From Candidatus Heimdallarchaeota archaeon (GTDB lineage: Archaea; Asgardarchaeota; Heimdallarchaeia; Hodarchaeales; Hodarchaeaceae), in contig JBHLSH010000043.1 in the NCBI GenBank assembly GCA_048881705.1, positions 20,995 through 32,415 on the forward strand: DNA of 11,421 bases. Direction: 5' to 3'. Position numbers and translations under genes: made by a program. Of this stretch, positions 1 through 7,169 are shown in pieces. Each line of letters starts with the position of its first letter. Position 1 is the first letter of the stretch. The notes under the pieces were generated by a model. The model made no database searches, was not told where the DNA came from, and saw only the letters and a program-made list of their open reading frames with translations.

Positions 1-909
1 CTAAGGCCGCAGGCTGTCCAGCTGGCGGAGATGAGTCAACTCATGCGCAGCAAAGTAGCTAACCTGCTGTTTTAGTGTTACCCGGCCAAACTCCTCATGT
101 TCCCCACTGCGCATCCAGTCCTTCCTTGAAATTCCTTCCAACATGGTAATGGTTTCATCTCTTGAGTTTTGATATTGTTGAAAGATGTCGGCTGTTGTGG
201 TTTGTTTGCCTTCCTCTCGAGTGGCCCAATCAAAAACCGCCTCGGCAGTCAGGATCGGATTGTCCTGTTCTAACAAGAGAGTTAAACGATGACTCAGCAC
301 ACCCTGGGCATCCCGAAGGTGCGTTACCACTTGCTGGATAGACCAGCTCCCTTCTGTAGGCGTTTTCGTAAGAATTTCCTCATCTAGACCTGCCATGAGC
401 ATGCTCACCTTTTTTGGGGTTTCACGAAGGTTTTTCATGGCCTCTAGGGTTTCAAACTCGTTGAGATAATATATGGGCAAAAAATGTTGAAAGGTGTGCG
501 GCCAGGCCCCACAGCCTGGGCATTTAGCGGATGGCATGCCAAGATTACTTTGCCCACATCGACGACAGACGTACGGGTCAGGGATTTCGGTGATAAAAGG
601 TAATCGGTTTTCTTTCATTGCATTTTTTCCAGTTTCCAAGGCATCAATAAAATGGGGGTTAACCTTGTGTTTGCCTAGGATTTCTTTCGCCCTTTCAAGT
701 TCTTCATACAGCTCATTATTGCTTTTGGTCAGTCCACGTTGAAATACCGCCTGACCTGTAATTGCAGTAACGCTGGCACGTAATACCTTTGCTACGTTGA
801 GCTGACCTTTACTTTCCAGACTGGAGGCTAACGCCACCAGATGAAGAAGGTCCGTCCCCAATCTATCATCCTGCATGGTTCTGATTCCATCCTTAATTCG
901 ATCAAGCAA
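1..909 (-). CDS. DinB family (DinB_2/YfiT-like) metalloprotein with N-terminal rubrerythrin/rubredoxin-like module
   Basis: Complete ORF with TAG at 1-3 and TTG at 909 (alternative ATG at 876). The C-terminal half has DinB hallmarks WSIQQVVTH197LRD and AAH289ELTH293LRQL (His triad). The middle has YVCRRCG-x10-CPGCGA..F (C115/C118/C130/C133). Confidence 0.85.
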   Translation of the reverse strand: MLDRIKDGIRTMQDDRLGTDLLHLVALASSLESKGQLNVAKVLRASVTAITGQAVFQRGLTKSNNELYEELERAKEILGKHKVNPHFIDALETGKNAMKENRLPFITEIPDPYVCRRCGQSNLGMPSAKCPGCGAWPHTFQHFLPIYYLNEFETLEAMKNLRETPKKVSMLMAGLDEEILTKTPTEGSWSIQQVVTHLRDAQGVLSHRLTLLLEQDNPILTAEAVFDWATREEGKQTTTADIFQQYQNSRDETITMLEGISRKDWMRSGEHEEFGRVTLKQQVSYFAAHELTHLRQLDSLRP

Positions 910-1092
910 TCAGCATCAGTAAAATAACCAGATTATCAAAAGATGTTCAGTAAATTCTTCGTAAATCGTTTTTTTACCCATATTGGGAGCTAGATTACTC
1001 GATAAGTCACTTTTGATTGATTTGAGCCGATTATAGGAGGGTTTCGAGGGATGACATTGAATATTCAAAATATCAAGGTTCAAGACAGAGTC

Positions 1093-1854
1093 TTATGGTT
1101 TGAACTTCTTAAGATCTTTTGCAGTGTCTTTATGAAGTGATTCCAGCTTTTTATTGGCGCTATGGAGTACCTTGAAGCTTTTTTCTATTTTATCAAGTTT
1201 TTTATTGATTTCATCTATGCTCGATTCCAGTTTCTTTATATCAGAATCAGATTTCTTTTGATGAGCGTTAATCTTATTGAAATGCGACTCTACTTGTTTG
1301 AATTGATCCTTGATTTCCTCTAGAGGCACCAGTGTTTCAGAATTATGCTGTACACCTTTAATAGATAGTTTGGGCGGGACAGGAGCAGGAAATTGTTCTA
1401 TCATAGGTTCAGGACGAGCTGCTGGAGTCAGCGGAGGGGTGGGCTGTATCTTCTGCTCTACTCGGGGAGGCGAAGGAGTGGGCGGAGGAGCGTATGTTCT
1501 TTTCTGTTCGACACGAGGCGGAGCAGGAGTCGGTGGTGGTCGTTCTAGAGGGGCAGGTTTCGCAGGTACTGGTTCTGGAATCGGAGTGGATGGGGGGGTA
1601 TAAACTGGTCTAGTTGGAGGAGGTGAGACTGGCGGAGTTTTGGTTGGAGCCTCGGGTGGTCGATAAGGAGGAGAATAGGATTGTTCTGACCCATCTGATG
1701 GTGGCGGGGGTTCTCCAAACGATTCCTGGAGATCTAAAGGAATAATCGGTTTTATTTCATCCTCTTCACGATCTGTGAGTGCCTGTTCACTCCCACAATG
1801 GGGACAAGGGAAATTCATAACATAGTTCCGACATTTCTTACATACTGGACTCAA
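1093..1854 (-). CDS. Zn-ribbon / proline-rich / coiled-coil protein (hypothetical adaptor)
   Basis: The longest ORF is 1093..1965, but the preferred start is TTG at 1854 just before CKKC-x8-CPHC, because the ATG at 1965 sits upstream of a TATA-like TTTATAT at 1955-1961. About 130 aa of Pro-rich linker follow, then a ~75-aa heptad coiled coil (LEEIKDQF...LKKFKP). Confidence 0.8.
   Translation of the reverse strand: MSPVCKKCRNYVMNFPCPHCGSEQALTDREEDEIKPIIPLDLQESFGEPPPPSDGSEQSYSPPYRPPEAPTKTPPVSPPPTRPVYTPPSTPIPEPVPAKPAPLERPPPTPAPPRVEQKRTYAPPPTPSPPRVEQKIQPTPPLTPAARPEPMIEQFPAPVPPKLSIKGVQHNSETLVPLEEIKDQFKQVESHFNKINAHQKKSDSDIKKLESSIDEINKKLDKIEKSFKVLHSANKKLESLHKDTAKDLKKFKP
1451..1539 (-). repeat. Diverged 51-bp-period tandem duplication encoding PPPTP(A/S)PPRVEQK twice
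   Basis: 1451-1488 ttctgctctactcggggaggcgaaggagtgggcggagg aligns without gaps to 1502-1539 ttctgttcgacacgaggcggagcaggagtcggtggtgg. The differences are almost all synonymous. Confidence 0.85.
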
Positions 1855-2006
1855 GATGAGCCAACTCCATTTATTTTGACCATTGCCACTTATTTTAATT
1901 CCATCACATATATGTCTTTTACCGTTTGTTTCATCCTGTAAAAAGCGTGCTCTGATATAAACCATAGTGAATGGTAAGGAACCCCTCTATTTCTAACCAT
2001 CTGAGA

Positions 2007-3050
2007 TTAGTAGGTCAGAAATTTAATTTGAGTCGCCTTAAAATTATTTGGCCTGCTGACAGTAGAATAGGAAACAGGAATGAAAGAAACTCTCTTATTA
2101 ATTAATGCAGAAATGTCCTTACAATACCATGTGAGGCATTCGGGGAAGAAAATACAACTTAACCCGTTGCTTGTAATGATCCCGAACTTTCTTTTGGCAT
2201 CAAACTTCTTGATTTTGCCAATCTTCCTCTTCTTTTCATTTCTCACGATCTTTCTAAGGTTCAGCAGTGATTCGGTTATTTTCTCATCATTGGAAACTGC
2301 TAAGCCTTTTCTGACATAAATGTCCATTAACGTCCAATTTGGACGTTCCTTTGAATTTTCATATTCTGCCAAATTATAATACGCAATCGTTAGAGCTTCA
2401 TTATTGGTTGAGAAGTGTTGTCCATGAATTCTGATATCTGCGATGACACGCCGCAAATAACGGGCTCCAATCCTCTTATCCCCCCTTTGAAACATCCTGA
2501 GTCCAATGTCTAAACAAAGTTTTTTATGGAGTCGGTGAATTCGTTTATCATAAACACCTAGATCTACGGCTAGTAACACAGAATTAAAGGCTTTATTCAC
2601 GTTTGCTCTCCATGATCTATAGTGTTTCTTATGGTACTCATCAGATGCCCAATCGATATAGTTGTCTGTAATATAGAAAAGAATATCCATCTTTCGGATT
2701 CCTGCAATGTCTGATTCTGACTCGACAATCCCTCTGAATATTTCTTCTGCTTCGGGATACTTTTTCCGAAAGGTCATGACTCTTCCAAGTTCTTGGAGAA
2801 CCGGAGTATTGCGCGGTTCAATTTCTAGTGCGTTTCTAAGGTATTTTTCCGCAGCTGGAAGGTCATCCTGTAATTTCTTAACAACCCCCCATGCATACCA
2901 GACATGGAAATTTGATGGTTTAGAGTCTGCCGCTTGCTGAAGCAGCTTGTCAATTGTCAGGATGTTTTCCTGCTTGGTATAAAGGATGGTTTTTATTCTA
3001 TTAACACTTTTTAGTTCTTCTAGAAAACTAACATCCTGCAAATTATTCAC
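2007..3050 (-). CDS. Tetratricopeptide repeat protein with C-terminal cold-shock (OB-fold)-like domain
   Basis: GTG start. TPR pair FHVWYAWGVVKKLQDDLPAAEKYLRNALEIEPRN / TPVLQELGRVMTFRKKYPEAEEIFRGIV. The C-terminal GKIKKFDAKRKFGIITSNG..IFF....L.NKRVSF......KATQI resembles the CSD consensus GxVKWFxxxKGFGFI...VFVH...V.F...A.nV. Confidence 0.8.
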   Translation of the reverse strand: MNNLQDVSFLEELKSVNRIKTILYTKQENILTIDKLLQQAADSKPSNFHVWYAWGVVKKLQDDLPAAEKYLRNALEIEPRNTPVLQELGRVMTFRKKYPEAEEIFRGIVESESDIAGIRKMDILFYITDNYIDWASDEYHKKHYRSWRANVNKAFNSVLLAVDLGVYDKRIHRLHKKLCLDIGLRMFQRGDKRIGARYLRRVIADIRIHGQHFSTNNEALTIAYYNLAEYENSKERPNWTLMDIYVRKGLAVSNDEKITESLLNLRKIVRNEKKRKIGKIKKFDAKRKFGIITSNGLSCIFFPECLTWYCKDISALINKRVSFIPVSYSTVSRPNNFKATQIKFLTY

Positions 3051-3079
3051 GTGAGCAAGAAAGTAAGTAAATCGGGACC

Positions 3080-3086
3080 TATTTAA
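3080..3086 (-). promoter_or_regulatory. Putative archaeal TATA box (TTAAATA) for the TPR-CSD gene
   Basis: Minus-strand TTAAATA about 30 nt upstream of GTG 3050. Confidence 0.5.
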
Positions 3087-3226
3087 GCGATACTTTCGAG
3101 TTTATTGAAAACGGGAATGTAAGGGCGCATTTCCTTAAAAAGCTTTTCAACCATCACTTCTCTATTCATAAGGATTTCGATCACAGCGCCTTTTGTTTGG
3201 ATCTAATGCCTACGAATTTGTAAACA

Positions 3227-3233
3227 TTAAATA
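3227..3233 (+). promoter_or_regulatory. Putative archaeal TATA box (TTAAATA) for the 94-aa ORF
   Basis: TTAAATA preceded by A-rich gtaaaca, about 25 nt before TTG 3258, which is consistent with a leaderless transcript. Confidence 0.5.
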
Positions 3234-3257
3234 AGTCAGAATGTAGATGAAATTAGT

Positions 3258-3542
3258 TTGTTTTCCAAGAAAGATGTACCCAACTATCCACAGAATAGGG
3301 AAGAATGGCAGAACGCAATATACGCTGGGATCGGATTAAGCAAACCGGAAGGGGAGACAAGATATCAATCACAGGAATTTCCTTATTCAGATCTCGAAAA
3401 ATGGATTCAGAGGTCTTATAGTAGAGGATTTCATCCCGATTTTGTTCCGGCATTACTCAGAAATATCAAGGGATTAGTAGCTTGGGTTTATGGTGGAAGG
3501 AACGAGCCAAACTGGTCGCAAGCTGATAAAGAGACTTCCTAA
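3258..3542 (+). CDS. Small hypothetical protein (94 aa)
   Basis: TTG start with a correctly spaced TATA box. It fills the gap between flanking genes without overlap and has protein-like, Trp/Tyr-rich composition. No family recognised. Confidence 0.7.
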   Translation: MFSKKDVPNYPQNREEWQNAIYAGIGLSKPEGETRYQSQEFPYSDLEKWIQRSYSRGFHPDFVPALLRNIKGLVAWVYGGRNEPNWSQADKETS

Positions 3543-3625
3543 GTGTAAAAACCGAGCCATATCCCCTCCATATCAAATTTTCAAACCCAGTTTTCATTCT
3601 GCGTTAGGTTCGTACCGCTGCGGAT

Positions 3626-4414
3626 TCACAAATCTTGTCTCTTGGAATACACGATTACTATCATCATGATAGAGATAATAAACAGAAGATGGAAGCCCTC
3701 TGTGATCTCCGATGTTTTGGTACTATCTGTCATAGACATTGAAGTAGTCGAAGTGGTCGAAAGTTCCGGCCCCATTGAAGGATTGGCTATTTTAACATTA
3801 TATTTCGTCAAGGCAAGAATGGGATTTCCTTGATAGGTTGTTCCCCCTGCCTTAATGCTATCATAATGCCAGACCGTTATATCAATTGAATCATTTATGG
3901 TGAGGCCGAGGTCCGCCAATAGGTAATAATATTCGATGATGCGCTTTGTTGTCAGATCGATGGCAATTGAATCCTGGTATTCAGCCACAGATTCTGGTAC
4001 CTCGATGTTGTTGTAAGGGGAAAGAAGATCGAGGCCATTAACAATGGCTGTGAATCCCCAATGTGGCAGCGTATCGTAAATGATTTGGGCCATTAAGATG
4101 TAGATGGCACCATCTGGGGTGCGAATGGTCATATTTGCCAAGAGTGAATTCCAATAATCCAGTGGAGCTTCATAATCGACTCGAACGAAGAGATGCGATC
4201 CATTCGCGGTAATAAAGACGGAATTAATGTCTAGGAAGTAAGTTTCGTTCACCATAGGTTCCCTAATAATCGGGTCTAGACCCGCCCAGTCATCCAGATT
4301 TCCGTCAATGATAATCGATGTCCCTTGCACGCCTCTTACATTACCTGCAGTCAGAAAACCCAAGAAAATCACTATTACAACAAAAATTCTCTTTTTATTG
4401 GGTTTTGGGATCAT
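3626..4414 (-). CDS. Secreted, membrane-anchored protein with CBM9/DOMON-like beta-sandwich and PGF-CTERM-like (EGF) C-terminal anchor
   Basis: Signal peptide MIPKPNKKRIFVVIVIFLGFLTAGNVRG. IIIDGNLDDW followed by DINSVFITANGSHLFVRV is typical of CBM9/DOMON-like domains. It ends in a Ser/Thr linker, TEGF, a hydrophobic helix and a KRQDL tail. Confidence 0.75.
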   Translation of the reverse strand: MIPKPNKKRIFVVIVIFLGFLTAGNVRGVQGTSIIIDGNLDDWAGLDPIIREPMVNETYFLDINSVFITANGSHLFVRVDYEAPLDYWNSLLANMTIRTPDGAIYILMAQIIYDTLPHWGFTAIVNGLDLLSPYNNIEVPESVAEYQDSIAIDLTTKRIIEYYYLLADLGLTINDSIDITVWHYDSIKAGGTTYQGNPILALTKYNVKIANPSMGPELSTTSTTSMSMTDSTKTSEITEGFHLLFIISIMMIVIVYSKRQDL

Positions 4415-4451
4415 TTGTGGATCTCACGGGTCTTTCTCAATGCCATCGAAC

Positions 4452-4459
4452 TATATAAA
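4452..4459 (-). promoter_or_regulatory. Putative TATA box (TTTATATA) for the 262-aa surface protein gene
   Basis: Minus-strand TTTATATA about 40 nt upstream of ATG 4414. Confidence 0.5.
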
Positions 4460-4622
4460 ATTTTAGAGCGAGCGACTTCCGAACCTCCCTCGCTCAATCA
4501 GTCCTAGAAAACCACCAGTTTAAATCTTAAAAGTCATTAGCAGGCACTAGATATCCCTTTCTCTTCTCTCTCTCCCCCATTGCTTGTGATTATTCCTATT
4601 ATCTCATTCAATACATTATAAC

Positions 4623-5723
4623 CTATAAATTACTCAGATAGCGTCCCCACACTCGCAATACCTGATTTTTATGTTCCTCCCGCAGCAGATTGAGATTTTC
4701 CAGATCTTTATCCACGAATAACTCCAGATTTTCACTGCCTTGCTTAAAATACGTATCCAACAGTATTTCTCCCGATAACTGGTTCAGCTGGTCCTCATTA
4801 TACTGAAGAATTTCTTCTATAATCAACTCCTTAATCCCAGCAGCCAGGTCTTTCATGACTTCATATCGGGCATCGAAGAATTGTTGCTGAAAATGGCGTT
4901 TTAACAGGAGATCAATCATGAAAGCTCGATCGATGGCCATGAAATACGTTTCTCCATAAATAAACCGTAATCTCCGAATCCTAATCGATCCGAATGTGAT
5001 GTTTTTTGGTTTTGATTTAAAGAGAACCTCGATCAGGCTGATTATGGCCGAGAAATATCCCCCGAATAGCACTTCATCTTGCATATTGTAAGAAAAGGGG
5101 ATATCCCCCCCATCTAAATGCGAGATCAAACACCAACTTGATGGGGCATAATAGCTTTGGATATCTGCTTGTTTTCTCAGATATACGTGTAATAACAAAC
5201 ATTCTTCAAACGTTAAAGCCGAAAAATTGCACCCCGACCTGCCTGCAATCGTATTAATTGACCCATCAGTGCCATATTCCTGGTTCAGGTCTAGGATGAT
5301 ATCCCTAAACAATTGAATGGCTTGTTCTTTTTCTTCCAAAGTGACATTCTCTGTATCAATACCGGCCCCATATAGGATTGAAGCTTGTCCTACCAAGACA
5401 GCATTCATAATTTCTTTAATATCGTTTGGAATTTCGGCTTCAGTCATTATAAGCCGAAGGGTCAGGATCGGATCACTGATAATAAAGAAAAACTTGTCGT
5501 ATAACGAGACAATAAAAATTTCTCCGGCTTTAAATCCTGAATGCTTTTCTAAATCAAAGGTTATATTTGCAATACCGCCTTCCCCAAATAAATCGTTTCC
5601 CAACTTTCCTAAACCAATGAAAAAACTGAACACCTGCTCCTGAAACTTTTCTACGTCAGAAACTCCATAAGACCATTTAATGGAGTTTTCCTCAACAAAT
5701 ATCGCCCAATTTTCATCAAGCAT
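4623..5723 (-). CDS. Tandem longin-like domain protein (Asgard-type)
   Basis: ATG start. Two internally alignable units at aa ~5-120 and ~197-305. The second has DEVLFGGYFSAIISLIEVLFKSKPKNITFG..RLRFIYGETYFMAID, the typical Asgard longin alpha1-beta3-beta5 pattern. Confidence 0.7.
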   Translation of the reverse strand: MLDENWAIFVEENSIKWSYGVSDVEKFQEQVFSFFIGLGKLGNDLFGEGGIANITFDLEKHSGFKAGEIFIVSLYDKFFFIISDPILTLRLIMTEAEIPNDIKEIMNAVLVGQASILYGAGIDTENVTLEEKEQAIQLFRDIILDLNQEYGTDGSINTIAGRSGCNFSALTFEECLLLHVYLRKQADIQSYYAPSSWCLISHLDGGDIPFSYNMQDEVLFGGYFSAIISLIEVLFKSKPKNITFGSIRIRRLRFIYGETYFMAIDRAFMIDLLLKRHFQQQFFDARYEVMKDLAAGIKELIIEEILQYNEDQLNQLSGEILLDTYFKQGSENLELFVDKDLENLNLLREEHKNQVLRVWGRYLSNL

Positions 5724-5858
5724 AATCTTAAAGCGGCCTCTCTGCCATTTTTTGGTTCTGATATAATAGGCTAATTACTTGGGGTGATCCATTAGATATT
5801 TAAGAATGTCCTGATCGTTTCGCGACTCAAAAATCTCCGTTTCTCATTTTTCCTAGGC

Positions 5859-6002
5859 CTACTTACTTTGTGGCTTTTTTTTTACTGATAATATCTTCTT
5901 AATATCATTTACATCGTTAGGCATCGCAATTCTTACCCATACCCATCGACCATCACGTAATTGTCGACTTTCTTGTACTACATTGAATGTTCGAGAACTT
6001 AA
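5859..6002 (-). pseudogene. C-terminal remnant of a DUF3788-like gene
   Basis: A start-less frame reads LSSRTFNVVQESRQLRDGRWVWVRIAMPNDVNDIKKILSVKKKPQSK*. This resembles the DUF3788 C-terminus as I recall it (DGkWlw..v.....DIkkll.iKrkP). In-frame TGA at 6003-6005 blocks extension. Confidence 0.55.
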
Positions 6003-6082
6003 TCAACAGACATCAGACTGGCTTGTTTCCCCCACACGCCTTCAATTGTGCGTGATTTGTTCTCGTTCCAAACGGCAGGATT

Positions 6083-7066
6083 TTATTCAGCTGTTTCTTC
6101 AATTACATTGATGACTACTTTCCCTGCGGTATGGCCCAATTCATAATATCTATGTGCATCCGCAGTTTCATCTAGCGAGAACGATTTATCGATCACTGAT
6201 TTGATTTTCCCTTCATCGATGAGCTTGGCCAGAAACTCAAGATCCTCAGTGCTCGTTTTGGTTATCAGAAATCCCATTTTCTTCTTGCGAAACCGATTCC
6301 CTAAAATCTGCAAAAAGAACCGTACCATTCTCATTCTCGGACTGCCGGCTTGGAGGAAAATTCCTTCTTCTTTTAACGCGTTTTTCCATCTCCATTGAGG
6401 AGATTTTCCTACAGTATCAAAAATCAGATCATATTTCTCTGGCATTTTGGTGAAATCTTCTTTTGTGTAATCTATTACTCTATCTGCCCCAAGATTTTCC
6501 ACTAGGCCTCTATTTTTCCCGCTGCAAACCGCTGTTACTGTCACATCGAAGGTTTTTGCATATTGAAGAGCATAGGTGCCAACACCACCCGATGCACCGT
6601 AAATCAGAACGTCTTGGCCATCCTGAATATTTCCGCGGTCTCGCAAAAACTGCAATGCAGTTAACGCCGCCAAAGGCACCGCGGCCGCTTCGGCATAGCT
6701 CATGGTAGTCGGCTTAATCACAACTCCTCGTTCAGATACCTTTGCATATTCCGCACAGGTTCCAGTTCTTGCAAATCCATAAACCTGATCCCCAACCTTG
6801 AACTTCGTGATATCCTTCCCAATTTTTACGATTTCGCCTGCCACATCACTTCCCATGATCTTTTTTTTCGGTCGTCTAATTCCGCTTTCCAAGCGCGCGA
6901 GCCCAAACAGCGCCTTTATTCCACTTCTCCCTGCGGTATCCGGAGTGTTCACCGAGGATGCATATACCTTGGCCAGCATCTCATCGTCGGCCAATATTGG
7001 TAGATTAATTTCTTTTATTTCAATAACATCAGGGGGCCCATATCTTTCAATTACAGCTGCTTTCAT
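6083..7066 (-). CDS. NAD(P)-dependent medium-chain dehydrogenase/reductase (zinc-independent, quinone oxidoreductase-like)
   Basis: MKAAVIERYGPPDVIE N-terminus, ASSVNTPD, GSDVAGEIVKIG, EAAAVPLAALTALQ, Rossmann GASGGVG, DLIFDTVG and C-terminal GHTAGKVVI. The Cys/His catalytic-Zn ligands of classical ADHs are absent. Confidence 0.95.
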   Translation of the reverse strand: MKAAVIERYGPPDVIEIKEINLPILADDEMLAKVYASSVNTPDTAGRSGIKALFGLARLESGIRRPKKKIMGSDVAGEIVKIGKDITKFKVGDQVYGFARTGTCAEYAKVSERGVVIKPTTMSYAEAAAVPLAALTALQFLRDRGNIQDGQDVLIYGASGGVGTYALQYAKTFDVTVTAVCSGKNRGLVENLGADRVIDYTKEDFTKMPEKYDLIFDTVGKSPQWRWKNALKEEGIFLQAGSPRMRMVRFFLQILGNRFRKKKMGFLITKTSTEDLEFLAKLIDEGKIKSVIDKSFSLDETADAHRYYELGHTAGKVVINVIEETAE

Positions 7067-7169
7067 TATCCGTGTTGTTCCTAGTTCTACCGAACCAATG
7101 TGTTCATAATCGGTTTTTCTCTACTGAGTAGATTATCCCAGAGAAGATACTCTAGTACTATGTATTCGC

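Noticed and set aside
1057-1068. Perfect 12-bp palindrome TTGAATATTCAA
   Set aside because: A few 6-bp-arm palindromes are expected by chance in 11 kb, especially in AT-rich DNA, and it is far from the downstream start codon.
1310-1603. 97-aa Gly-rich plus-strand ORF
   Set aside because: It is the antisense shadow of Pro (CCN) codons in the proline-rich protein.
1855-1965. N-terminal 37-aa extension of the proline-rich protein
   Set aside because: It has no recognisable features and contains TATA-like sequence. TTG 1854 just before the Zn ribbon is preferred, though not proven.
3253-3453. 66-aa minus-strand ORF
   Set aside because: It overlaps the better-supported 94-aa plus-strand ORF, which has a properly spaced TATA box.
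6083-7066. Calling the MDR a classical zinc alcohol dehydrogenase (adh)
   Set aside because: The catalytic (C-x-x-D, GHE) and structural four-Cys zinc ligands are absent, so no gene symbol was assigned.
7120-7160. Short palindromes TCTACTGAGTAGA and TAGTACTA upstream of the MDR gene
   Set aside because: The arms are short and unrelated to each other, so they cannot be distinguished from chance.
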